In this document: positions 49,191 to 61,849 of the stretch, one piece after another | Layout of the letters: each line of letters opens with the position of its first letter | How positions within the stretch are numbered: position 1 is the first letter of the stretch | Source: Marsupella aquatica | Lineage: Eukaryota > Plantae > Marchantiophyta | Assembly (NCBI GenBank): GCA_973895155.1 | Contig: OZ316897.1 | Span: 15,933,375 to 15,997,374, forward strand | Direction of reading: 5' to 3' | DNA length: 64,000 bases | Position numbers and translations under genes: made by a program | The notes under the pieces: model-generated | The model's input: the letters and a program-made list of their open reading frames with translations, nothing else | Database searches by the model: none | Told to the model about the DNA's origin: nothing

Positions 49191-51539
49191 AGAGAGGCAA
49201 AAACCACCACCAAAGTACAACAAAATGAGAATTATTTTTGTAATTTATATCTTTTGAAACTTTCCTTCTTTTTCACTGTTTTTCTTGTCTTGTCTTTGTC
49301 TCATTGATTAGATTGTGCACTATTTTCTTGATTATGTAAAATATTTGTCATTAAACTTCTCTCATGATACATGCAGCATTTCCTTTGCATGGATGATATG
49401 GCATGGATGGTAGAGGGAGTAACACTTTGTATGCATGATTGGCATGGATGGTAGAGGGAGGAGCATGGATGGTAACGGGAAGCCTTTGTACTTTTCTTGC
49501 TTGGAAAAACGTGTTCACACAAAACATAATTATTTTCTCTTATTCTTTTCTCTTTTTTACAGTTCCCTTTTCTTTCACTCAAAAAGCCTTTCCAAATTTA
49601 AATGACAACCACTTTAAAAAGTGGCGCAACTGTGTATATTAGTCAGTCTGAGTTAATATTATATATTGAGATTGATGTTGAATTCTTGAAGAGGAAATTC
49701 AGTTATGCAGATCATCATTGCATTGCTTAGTTTGGACATCTGACATTTCCTCACTCCTGTTGACCACTCAGATTAATGTCATACTTTTTCAATACCCCTT
49801 TTTCTCCATGATCTTACGGCAAGGATTGATTTCCCTTTTATTCAACACCCGCAAAACATTGTAACAGATTCAGATTCTGGCCCATGAAGAGGAGAAAAAT
49901 TATGCAAACCTCATACAGCGCCCCCCTCCCAAAAAAAAGAAAACAAAAAAAAACTAGAAAAAGTATTCTGAGAAATATATAATGTGAGGAAAAGCACAAA
50001 AGAAACATGAAAAAAGTGGAAACCCAACAAATGCTTTTTTCAGATAACTATGTTTGTACGCGCATTCACTATGCACTAAGATTTAAAAAATTAGAAAAGT
50101 TGTCTTAATTTCCTGCTGTTTTTTGCATGCAATTACTATTGAGTTGATGCATTTAATGTAGTTCCAAACTTTGACCATCTAACACCATATACATTTAACC
50201 TCATTCACGTTCAAAAAAAACTTGTCTACTGACTGGCTCCCAACAGGCCAACACTAGGAAAGGGTGACTATGAATAATGGCCCATAAGCCAGACATTGAC
50301 TGACATCACTAGTAAGATAACAAAGAGAGCCAATATGAGAAATAGTGCCAAAATATACCATTACTGATGTTGAGTCTAGACACTTTTGGGTCCACCTCCA
50401 ATGTAGGGAGAGGATTAGAGAATAGAGAGGGTAGATGTTATACTTTTGCATGACTGCAGGCAACATGGCACAACACAGAACTGAAGCATGCACAATTAAT
50501 ATGCTATAGATAGAGATCATTGCATTGTTAAGATCCGACTCTCTACTAGCATACATCCCAAGGGTAGGACAGGCGATGGGACTGTTCAACTAATAGGATT
50601 AGTTATTGAAATCATCTCATGTTTGTGTTTAGGTCGCTAACCTTGGTCCAGTCCTGCCAAAGGCTAATAATTGGTGATCCTGGGGACCTTTGGGTGGTTC
50701 TCCATATTGTTGCGGTGCACCCTTGATGTGTGCTCTTGCCCTTTGGGCCTATTTTTCTTTGTGCCCTGCTTTTCTTCGCCACAGGGTTGTCGATATCCAT
50801 TGGACCTACTGTTGCTTAAAAAACAATGGCCCCCAAAAGTGAGAAAACAAGACAAAATTGGAAACAAGACTTAAAACATAGGGGAACTGAAACTAACCTG
50901 GGCTTTGAGTGAGCCCTTTATCCAAAACCCTAGTTTCAGTTGAGGTCCTATAATGTGAGGTTCTATAGTATAGAAGATGATGCAATCTCACTTAGTTAAA
51001 AGAGCCTCTTTTTACTATTCCATTCAGAACACGCAACATCAAGGATAAAAAATGTACAAAGCCTTACTTCAACATCAAGGATAAATTTTTTTGTACATGC
51101 TATATATTTGAATACCCGCACCCGGGGTGTCATGTTCAAGGCTTGACTCTCAATTTTGGGGTAAGTTTTGTAATGTCCATGGTGTTGTGTTGGCAGTTCA
51201 TATGTTCTGCCAACAACAAAACGCCAAGTTTTTTAGGGTCAAACTTGAACACAATGCCAAATTCTGAAAACACAACGCCCACTGTAAACACATTGCCCCA
51301 GGCGTAACAAAACACAGTGGGCGTTACTGTAAACACATTGCCTGCGTTGTGTATGAGTTGAAATCATTATGGGACCAACAAAATTCCATTTTTCAAAATA
51401 CAATGCCCGGGCCGCGTGCTGTGTTTGAGGGAAGACAATATTTAATACTTTCATCAATACTAGGATTGGGCAGACGGGAAAGAGAAACAAGCCCCCTCCC
51501 TAATTGCATGCCATGGGGCCTAATAGCAGTGAGTCTGTG

Positions 51540-51830
51540 ATTAACCTCTATATTGAGGTTAGTTTAGAGCCACACCAAGCTCTATGGATAGTATATTCAA
51601 GACCTAGCTGATTGATATGGAGCAGAGTTTAATTAAGTGGAAATTTTTGCTAGATTCCACCTTTGCAAAAGTTTTTGCCACTTCAATTTTTTGGTGTCCC
51701 ATTGGCCAGTTTCCCACCCAGTCAGAGGCCGAATTAACCCAGAAACTAATGGCTCTCCTTAAATCTAGGCAGATCTATCAGTCAGAAAATAAATTGTGAG
51801 TTTTACACAAAGAATATTCTTAGCATCTTC
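51540..51830 (+). pseudogene. Decayed BTB/POZ gene
   Basis: LEPHQAL; then DSIFKT*LIDMEQS..LLDSTFAKVFA..FWC..LMALLKSRQIYQ. Confidence 0.45.
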
Positions 51831-52142
51831 TCATGTCTCTTCTCATTCACACACATTGGCAAAATATGCCTGGAATTTTCAGATGAAAATTATTCCTAGC
51901 ATCTTCTCCTTCACACACACGCACATCTTCCTCCCCCCCCCCCCCCCCTAATAAGGAAACACCTTGATATGGAGAAACACCTTGATATGGAGATCCTGTC
52001 ATACCTAGTACTTACCGGTATATCAACAGTAGAATCCTGCACGAGGCATCCTCCCCGATGGCACACGCTAATAGCATTTGCATTGATTAGCCTAGACATT
52101 GGGATTGCCTAGAAATGCTCCAGGCTCTATTGCTCTAACAAT

Positions 52143-52777
52143 AGCATGCATTATTAAGTGCCGAGATTTGAATAAACATTCTTTATACTCTACACTTAAA
52201 GTTTGGAGGAAACGTTTCGTCAGAGAAAAATAAGACAGTATGCATTATTAAGTGCCGATCTTTGAATAAACATTGTTTAGTTTCTACACTTAAAGTTTGC
52301 AGGAAACGTTTAGTCAGAGAAAAAATACAATAGTATGCATTAATAAGTGCCGATCTTTGAATAAACTTTCTTTAGATTCTAGACTTAAAGTTTGGAGGAA
52401 ACGTTTAGTCAGAGAAAAATATGATAGTATGCATTATTAAGTGCCGATCTTTGAATAAACATTCTTTAGATTCTACACTTAAAGTTTGGAGGAAAGGTTT
52501 TAGTCAGAACAAAATACAATAGTATGCAATAAGTGCCAATCTTCGAATAAACATTCTATAGATTCTACACTTAAGTTTGGAGGAAATGTATTAGTCAGAG
52601 CAAATGCATTAAGTGCTAATCTTTGAGAAAACATTCTTTAGGTTCTACACTTAAAGTTTAAGACTAATTATTAGTCAGAACAAATACGATAATATGCATT
52701 ATGGGCCAATCTTATCTTTGAGTAAACATTCTTTAGATTCTGCACTTAAAGTTTGGAGGAAACGTGTTAGTCAGAGC
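52143..52777. repeat. Minisatellite array, 7 x ~94 bp
   Basis: Unit ATGCATTATTAAGTGCCGATCTTTGAATAAACATTCTTTAGATTCTACACTTAAAGTTTGGAGGAAACGTTTAGTCAGAG..; starts at ~52143, 52237, 52332, 52426, 52521, ~52603 and ~52691. Confidence 0.9.
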
Positions 52778-52879
52778 AGAATCTAAACTCGTTGATTACA
52801 AAATGCTGGTACAAAACACGTGCTTAATAAGTACTTGTGAGACGTGAAATTTAAGCTACTCTGATGCAGCTGGCTATGG

Positions 52880-53400
52880 CCCCGTACCTACATTCTCGTA
52901 CGAAGAGATTTCTTCAGCGATGCTGAATGTACTAACAGTACTTGAAGAAAATCTTCGAGTCTCACTGCTGTACTTTGAGCAAATGATCTTATACTGTAGA
53001 ATCGTGGAATCCCGAGTTGGATTACCTATGGCTTGAAAGGAAGCTTTTTCGATGCGGCTTGGATTTCGAATTGGTCTGCTGGAAGAGGTCTCCATGATAC
53101 CAATCTAGCTCCCAAATCCTTGGCAGGAGTCTTTGGTAGACATTGAGATTCGAGAAGTTCACAGCACTCACTGTGCCCTTCTGAATCATAAGCGTGTTCA
53201 CGTTAATTGAAAGGAAGCCTAGCTTTCACGGTTTGGATTTCGAATTGGTCTGCTGGAAGGGGAGTTCATGATACCAATGTAGCTCCCAAATCCTTGCCAG
53301 CGTGTTAGGAAGACATTGAGATTCGAGAAGTTCACAGCACTCACTGGCCCCTCCGAATCATAAAGCGTGTTCACGTTAATCGAGTGCTTATTCAGAACCA
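52880..53400 (-). pseudogene. Possible decayed BTB/POZ gene containing the 175-bp duplication
   Basis: NVNTLYDSEGPVSA..VFLTRWQGF..; METSSSRPIR..ASFQAI. Confidence 0.35.
53033..53380. repeat. Tandem duplication of ~175 bp
   Basis: TTGGATTTCGAATTGGTCTGCTGGAAG..GACATTGAGATTCGAGAAGTTCACAGCACTCACTG..GCGTGTTCACGTTAAT occurs twice. Confidence 0.85.
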
Positions 53401-55976
53401 TGGCACAGTTTATTGTACTAGACGCGAAGCCAGTCCACACATTCGAGGTGCTTGGTTAACTATTATCGATCTCACTAATCGTAGACCGGCAGACGCAAAA
53501 CAAATGCACACATTCAGCTGAACACGGCCAACAACTGTTGCGAGCGAGCAAGAAAGGAACGGATATATTATTTGAAGCTTCCGAGTACTTACTTGACTTG
53601 ACAGCATGCACTTAGGTAGCTTCTGTAGCTGGCTAGTTACCACAGATTCTTACTGACACAATTACAGGAGCAATGGGAGGACTGCTCTTCGTGCAGAAAC
53701 CAGTGGGTGGGAGGATAGAACGTTGTACGTATGTTCAGTCCTCGTCATAGCTTGGTTCAATTCCGACCCTGAGAGGCCCCAGTTCAAATTGAATTGAGAT
53801 TTGAGCAAACTCGATTCATCCAGGTCCGTGTGCCAAGGCTGGGAAAGGGAGCCACGGAGGCACGTAACGTAGGGACAAGATGGGACAGGACAGGAGGACA
53901 GATGAACAGAGAGTACTGCCACCACTACTGTCACGGCCAAGACAGGTGAGAGCTAGAGTTTGAGTTGTAGAGTGCCGCCACCACCACGACTCCCTTTCTT
54001 GGGGGAAACTACAGTGTCGAGCTCTGGGATAAGAGGTGTCGTCAGAGCCGTTTCTAAATAATTTATGGAGATGAGAGAAGAGAGAGACTGAGAGGGAAAG
54101 AGAGAACTTCCTTGGACGATCTCAATCTGGAGCATGCAGCAACGCGGTTACATTTCAATGGTCACTGTGATGCGAACGGCTGAGTTAGTAAGCTAAGGTA
54201 GATCAGATCAGTTGAGTCTGCTCCACACACAGGTCTCCCACAAACTATTACACGTAAGTAGGGACAGTTCCCCGTGTTGCAGATAAACGAAGCCTCTCAG
54301 GGCGTTTGCAGGCCGACAGAGCTGATCAAGCAAGGCAGCACAGTCCAGACGTCCAGACTCCAGAGCGTGATAGATTGATCCATCTCCTCGTGGCGTTCGC
54401 TGCAAGGGGTTAGCTGGTCGGCAGGGTTGGGTTTGGTTGAGACCTTCAGATTTAGGTGTGAGTCAGTGAGTGAGATAGCCACCCAGCAAGCCAAGGATAG
54501 GATATCGGATGGAACCGACTAACGGAGGGTACTAGTTCTAGAGATGGCTGGCGAGAGATTTTGAATCTGATACCTGCGATCACCAAGGTCTACTACTGAG
54601 CAGAGTAACAGTAATAAGTCTGCACTGAGCTGCAGGTCAGGTGTCTGGTACATCCGCAGCGGCTGTCACGGATGTTTTTACCCTCTCTTTTTTTTTGGGC
54701 TCGCCATTGAGTGTCAGGCAGACAGGGGTAGGAAAGCTGAGAAAGGGTAACGTTCCTGGGTCTGTACTTTGCTCTGTTCCTTTGAAAGGGGGCCGACCGA
54801 CAGGACGGTGCAGGGCGAGAAAATAATCTCTCGAACGTGAACGACCTGTTGCTGGTAATAACTTACGTTATAGGGATGGTCCCGTGAGACAGCACAGGTT
54901 TGACTGCCATTAATGAATGTGGTCCGGACCGGGACGAGACCTGAGCCGGGCCGAGTGTGGCATGGTATTATCCGCGACTCATCGACCAGCACACTAGAGT
55001 GCCACACCGTATTCCTCTTGAGCTTCACTCACTGAGGTGGCTTGACCGCTGTCTGGGGAGTCCAAGCGCATAAGAGCTACCTGCGAGCTTCGTCCGGAGC
55101 AGTAAGCAGTGTCCTTTGAGATCAGTGAGCTAAGACGTGGAGATAGAGCAGTTCGTGATTAGAGAGCAGAAGGGGAATGCCCTTTGTGAGCGGAGAGACA
55201 AGAATTGGAGTTCTCCGAGTCTTGAGGAGAATTGAGAGCTAGTAAGAGTTGTTCCAGGCCGGGGCCGAAGAACAAAGCGTTGAAGTGATCTTGTCGTGAG
55301 AACACTCAGTTGGGCTTTGATAGGGACGAATATCTGAAATGCTCCGTGAATTGCGTCTAGTCCATGTGATCAAAGTATTTATATCTCCAGACAGAGACAG
55401 GAGAGGTTGCGTTGAGTGAACGCAATAGGCAAACCACCAACAACTCCTTTAAATCAGCTTTGAGTAGCTCTACCATACTTAGATTCCCATTGGGTGAGTC
55501 GATTGTAGCACACTAGGGTAGAGGTGCATACATTTGAACGTGAGGTAGGAATGAAATTGGGTAACGGCCCTGCAAAATCTAATCAGAGCGCTTGAGATAG
55601 ATGTAGAGGAGCGAGACAGACGAGGTGGAGAGATCGAGTTGCTTGAGAGCTCTCAGAGTAAGAGAGGGTCAGGGGAGCGAGAGCGGGAGAGAACGTCCTG
55701 ACATACTTGTGGAGCAGGCTGCGATCGGCGATCGTCGAGAAGGATTCGCAGAAGAATTCCGGATTAAGCACTGGCTCGCATGGATTGGATAAAATTGAGA
55801 GCAGAAATGAGCTGACGGAACAAGTCACGGTCTGCTTAGGAGATCGGCGTTCTCAGTGTCAAGCAGGTGGGCTCTTCGAAAACTTTTCGTGAAGGCGGAA
55901 GGGCGAATCGTACACGAGAGTTTTCCAGCTACCAATTTGGATCCGACACGGATTCTGAAAAGAGTTGTGGACGGTA

Positions 55977-56549
55977 ATGGGGAACGCAGTTACTTGCAGC
56001 CTGGTGGATGTTGTTGGCACGGTGACTGTAACTCAGGCGGATGGGCAGATACTGGAATTCATGCAGCCCATCTTCGCGTCACAGGTGAAGAAGTTGCATC
56101 CCGGAAATTGGCTGGTACATTACATGTCCGTGCAAGACCCTGGTTCAGGGAAGCACCATGGAAAAATGTCCATGCTGCAGGGCTGCGAGGAGCTTGAAAC
56201 GGGGCATATTTATTTCTTGCTTCCCATTCCGTCTAACTTCAGGAAACAGATTTTCGACCCTGATTATCCTAAGCAACGTGTTGGCCCGTCCAAGACTATC
56301 TCTACTTCAGCTGCAATACTACCAACGCTTCCTCCAGCTCCACAGCCTAAGCAACAGTTGACTCTAGTGGATCTACCCAAAGTCAGAACTTCGAGGCAGG
56401 ATCCGACTCCAGTGTTCTCCTTACCTGGCTCGACTGCTCCTCAACAGCACCAGAACGTGCAACAGTCGCGGCCGAATCGGAGTAAGAGGCATAAAATCCA
56501 CGTCGTGGATTGGAGACCCACTCTGATGACCATCGAGGAAGTTTACTGA
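55977..56549 (+). CDS. Compact canonical PADRE/DUF4228 protein (190 aa)
   Basis: ATG 55977 MGNAVTC; ADGQILEFMQPIFASQV..HPGNWLV; EELETGHIYFLLP; C-terminal WRPTLMTIEE. Confidence 0.9.
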   Translation: MGNAVTCSLVDVVGTVTVTQADGQILEFMQPIFASQVKKLHPGNWLVHYMSVQDPGSGKHHGKMSMLQGCEELETGHIYFLLPIPSNFRKQIFDPDYPKQRVGPSKTISTSAAILPTLPPAPQPKQQLTLVDLPKVRTSRQDPTPVFSLPGSTAPQQHQNVQQSRPNRSKRHKIHVVDWRPTLMTIEEVY

Positions 56550-57593
56550 AGCAAACTAAGTTTCGATTGTTCTAAGAACTCCGCGGTTGAATTTGTACAT
56601 TATCCCGTCGGTTCCCAGGAATTGCGTATACGACCAGATGTATGGCCAGAGTTGAAAGTTAGTATCTCAATGAACAGAGCGTCAATTTCAGTTGGCAGTG
56701 CTAGAAGTGGCAGTTCTTAAGAATCTTAATTTCTGTACAAAAGCCTTTGGTCTTACCAGAGCCATATCCAGGTGACATTCACTTCATGCAATGTCTCTCA
56801 AACTTCAAGATCGTGCAACAAAAGTTGCTTCTGTCAACAAAAGTTGCTCCTCTGAAGCTGTGCATTGTCACCACGCGTTAGCCCCTGTTTTCTAGGATTT
56901 CTATAGATGCTCAGATCTGAGGCAAACTAAAGGGTGCCTCTCTCTTGCTTTTCCTTGCTTTCGAGGCTTTTGCCCTTGAGAACTTCTGTATGAACGTGCC
57001 AGATAATAAGCTAATAGATTTCAAAATTGTCGAATGATTTTCACATGGCTCGTGAGCTTCTTGTGGTTGAAAATAGGTGAGTGTAATTTGCTGAAACAGG
57101 TGTCTTCCAATTTCATTCATGCTTTTTGCAATTGGACGATGCGTGACGTTGTTGAATGATGAAGGTCACTCACAAGCCTTCTTTCATTTCAGTGTTTACA
57201 CTCACCATTTGTACTTTTTAGGGTAACTTAAGAGAAGAAATTGCGAAGACGAGAAAGTACGAGAAAGTACTGAAGACTGAGAAGTATGTGATTTTCTACT
57301 TGATCATGTATCATCTCTAATGCTCTTTGGCTGTCAGAATGATTGAACAGAAACCAAAACTCTGTAGTTAATTGATAACCCCTTCTAAACGGATTCGTGA
57401 GGATAGTGGTGTATGACATTCTACTCATCAATTTGAAAATGGCCAAGATAGCGGTTCCAAATGTCAGTATTCGGAGCATCTGCTCACGTGACTTTCTGCC
57501 CAAATCACATGTTCACCCACTGGGAAAACATGAGTGGCCGGCCTGCCTGCCTGCCTTCTCACGATTTGCAGAGAATTCCCCAGCTGCAGGTCA

Positions 57594-57819
57594 TTGCTCG
57601 TAGAAGCCTTCTGCAAGATGCAGAAAACTTTTATTTACTGATGGGGCGGGTACATGTAGAGAGACAGACTACAGTAGAAGGATCATCTTGATGAGCGTTG
57701 TATGGGTCTTTGCTCGTAGAAGCCTTCTGCAAGATGCAGAAAACTTTATTTACTGATGGGGAGGGTACATGTAGAGAGACAGACTACAGTAGAAGGATCA
57801 TCTTGATGAGCGTTGTATG
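57594..57819. repeat. Tandem duplication, 116-bp period
   Basis: TTGCTCGTAGAAGCCTTCTGC..GATGAGCGTTGTATG at 57594 and 57710. Confidence 0.9.
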
Positions 57820-58509
57820 CAGTTAATTAAGAACTCAAGTCAAGCAAAGTACCCGACCTCTTTGCAGATTTCTGTGAAGCAAGTACTGTACTCATAATCA
57901 AAGTTAAAACCCCTATATAGGAGGAAAAAAACATGTTGGGTGGGCTTGGGGAGTTTGGTCGTTGTTTGACCAACTACAATAGTACTGTCTCGGTAGACCA
58001 TAGGCAATGAGAGTTTTAAAAGTGCATGCCATAGAATTGGGTTTCAGTGCTAGCAGAGTCTCATCTTAGAGGTAAAGAACCACAAGCGTCTGTGAGATGT
58101 CTTTGACTCAGACATCCCACAGGCTTCATATTCTCAAGTCTTTTGTCTGTCAAGAATTAATGTGTGTTGACATCGACCACTCATTGGGGTTTAAACTCCC
58201 CTCTGTCAGGTTTACGTTTGACGTGGTGTGGTTAAGAGTACAATATATGCGAACTAGCCTTGGGCTTCCAACCAACAAAGTATATATTACTACCATTGAA
58301 GATGATTTCTGAAGGTATTCCTTTTGGAGATGAACCTCATTTTGGGTTTGATACGACTATCCTTAGGATTCAGTCTCTCAGACGATGGGAGTCAGGAATA
58401 AACAAACTAAGTTGGATATGGTCTACTATTACGTCCAACTTTTGGGATGATTGCAGGTTTGGATCTATGGATATCAAGACTTGACTAAGACTTCCCAGGA
58501 AGACTTGAC

Positions 58510-58930
58510 TAGAAGAAACGTTCAGCTTGAAGACTGCATCCTTGAAAGTGAATTAAATGAGTCACGGAGCTCATTGTCATATGGCCAGAATCTAATACGA
58601 GTGAATGTAATACAAGTGAATTGAATACAAGTGATTTGTTTTTGGAATTAGGGGATCCTGCGCTGCTAAACAAAGTAGATTTGCGATTGGAAAGACACAG
58701 GCTGTTGAGATCAGTGCGTTTCAGATCAAGTAATACATGGAAGGTGTAAGTACAATTCAATCTGGATCTCTGCCCTCCCTTCCAAACAAGGAGCATGCCC
58801 ATGCTGGCCTATTGACACCTGAAGCCTCCACACATGTGAGCTTGTGCTCATTCCCTGCCGTCCGCTCCAACGAAAAGCAAGGTTTCCTTTCGCTTTGACA
58901 ACCCTAATCGTTTTTCTTTGACAATCTACC
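58510..58930 (-). pseudogene. Decayed BTB/POZ gene
   Basis: TIRVVKAKG..STSSHVWRLQ..EGRAEIQIE; next frame TYTFHVLLDLKRT..TLFSSA. Confidence 0.4.
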
Positions 58931-59209
58931 ACGGGGTTGCTCTCCTTTGGTTTTGTCTATCAATTAGTCATCCAAACTTGCTGATTCTAAGGTAGTTTCT
59001 CCACTAGGTTTTCAAAACATTAAGGTCTGCAGCCTATCATTTGGTCATCCAAATTAATTGATTTTTGATGTCTATCTCGTACTGTGCAATTTTGTACTCC
59101 AAGGTATTTGGTTTCTTAGATTTTTGTCAAAGCATGGATGGACCATTTGTGCGTTTTCAAATTCCAGTTGTCCTTAATTATACTAATCTCTGCTCAGATG
59201 CTCTCATGT

Positions 59210-59660
59210 TCAGAGGTCTGGTGACAAAGGACATTCGCGCGCGTGGATTAATGCAAATGTGGCAGAAGCTATTCCTTGCCTGCTTTCGTTTTGGAGGGAC
59301 AACATTTTCAATGTCTGGCTCGTTGCGGCTCCCATGGCATTGAGAAGTTCTTCGTGCGTGCAATTCAAATGGCATTCATCACTTATTCCGTGCACTGTCG
59401 TGCCAGTCTCATGCGTCAGCCCTCATGTTCTATGCAGTTTTGAGGCTTTACAGGACAGCGGCAGTGTGTGGGGGCAAATGATGAGAAGCATTGGTAATTG
59501 GGTCCTTCTCTCCAACAGATTGTTGCAAAGCTTCTCGTGCTTGAGTAAGTAATTGAACACGTGCCCAACTCCTCCCAGACGAAGATTTTCCTCGGCCTAT
59601 TCGCAAGTGGATCAGTACGATTGCTCTGGAGAAATATGTAATGGTCTGGTCCTTAGTCAA
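59210..59660 (-). pseudogene. Possible decayed BTB/POZ gene
   Basis: PITNAS; EELLNAMGAATSQTLKML..ATFALIHA. Confidence 0.35.
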
Positions 59661-61849
59661 CGGATTCTTCAGTGGTCAGAAATCCACTTAATTATCCCTC
59701 AGACTGGCTGATAACACGCTACAAGCTATACGTGCCCACTTTTTCGCACAATCATGCAAAGAGGAGAGTCAATCAGTCAAGTCAATCTTGAAATCTCGAC
59801 TAAATTTGATTTAAGCTGAATTTTGTCCTCAGGTACTGTAAGGTCAAAAATCAGGCGACGACAAACTCCGTCCCTCTCCTGCAGTTGCGATTTCGTGCAG
59901 GTATTGCTCTCGATTTAACGCCAGCAATAAGCGTGGAGATCAACGGCCATAATATTTCCTTGGTACAAAAGGAAGTGATGCCGATGATTTTCAGGTTACC
60001 CCAACACTACTACCGATGACTGACCTCGATCACCGATGAGTACGTTACGTTTGGGACCCAGAGTCTCTGACTGGCAAAATACACTTTTGTTAATATAAAA
60101 TGTTGCATGAATGCACTATCGCACCAACCCTCTCACCGACGCCAACCATTGCACGACGCTTCGATGTCCTCTGGGCTCTTGATCCCAACGCGTCCCATAG
60201 AATCCTTAATCCTCTCAAACTTCAGACATTTGTTTGGATTTTTCCCTCGGTAGATGGACTAGACTGAGTGTGCTTTACAGCCTTGGGAATCTCTGTTACC
60301 GTATGTTCTTCAATTCGCCATCATTAGGTTCTGACCTTAGACCGATATCATATGTGCACCCAGTCTCCGACTGGTCTAGAATCTAACTAGCCATGTGCCA
60401 TGACTTGAAGCTGCACAGATGTCAAAACCTTGTACTATTTTGACTCCTCTTGATCGTCGGAACAACTAGCTAGTCTGGTCCCCAGTTGGACTGCCTGTCG
60501 ACGAGTGTTTGAGCTACACCGGCTATACGATAACGAACACCGAAGCAACATTCCCGAACCTTCTCTTGAATGGTAGAAATCTACTGAACATCCCCAAGCC
60601 TACCTTTCACAATCGATCATCTGAACAGCAACTACTCGATCTGTTAGCCAGTTGAATAACAAGTTTGTTTTACCTTCAGTACCAACCATGCCATGCGATT
60701 AAGGTGATTCATCTGTCGTGGATGTTCAATTTACATGATCTGCGTCGACCTCCACTATTAAATCGATGATCGACCAACATTTCGCACCCTCGTTCGCACC
60801 GTTATATGCTATGTTTTTACCTTAAATGATCGACTTCTAAGAATTCCGTTCCCGCACCGTCCTACGCTGTAACTGAGATTTTAACTCGAGCGTCGATAAG
60901 TGTACATAGAATTCCATTCCGCACCGTCCTATGCTACAGGGGAGTTTATAAGTCGAGCGTCGAAAACTGAAAGGACAATGGTCATACTGGGCCGGACAAG
61001 AAGACGATCCTCGTTGGGTGATAGGCACCGTCTTGAGTTGCCTTAGATGTACTAGGCCGGTGCTTAGATTGTCGGCGTTGTATGAAACCACTCTTTGTGA
61101 GCTAACCATTGGATTGAAGAAGCTTGAAAGAGTTGTCCCCGGTCGTGTCCAATGAAATTGGATCGGTCAGCTAGAGATGACTCAACTCGTGATGGTCAGA
61201 CAACTTACGGAGGATACCGGTGAAAGGCTAAGTCAGTACAGGGAAGCCTCAACGTAAATCATGGTGATCATAGTTGTCTAGATTTTCAGAATTTCGAAGG
61301 CACTTTCGTCAGATTCCCGGCTCACTATTTTGCTGGTACATTATCACCTCCGTGAACTCAATGGGCTCATGAGCTAAAACTAGCGAGTGCAAATCGTTTA
61401 CAACTTCAGCATGGACAGGTCTCAAATTGAAGATGTCAATCAGCAAATGGTTTGAAAACTACAGCAATGACCTCAATCTGACCCTAGTCGTGCTTCCGAC
61501 GTCTGTGGCTTACTACTGTTCTCGTTAGTCTAAATAATCGAAGTAACGAATTTTGAACGCGTAACGCATTCATTGGTATCAGAAGCACTAGTACCGTACC
61601 TCTTTCAATTTGAGGCCAACAAATGTGTTCTGCTTTGACAAATGACAATACTCTCAAGATCTCACAGCACTTGATATAAGTGCCCGCTAGATTAAGAGTT
61701 TAAGACTGTAGAGTGTAGATAGAAGAATATTAACTGTACGACACATTCAAGCGAAGATTGCGGACAGCGAGTAAAGCGTGGGCTGGCTGTGCGTCTGTAC
61801 TCCTCTCAAAAAATAAATACATTGATGAGCACTGCATTTTGGTACTCCA

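Noticed and set aside
52143-52777. CRISPR-like array
   Set aside because: Whole units repeat with no unique spacers, there are no cas genes, and the context is eukaryotic.
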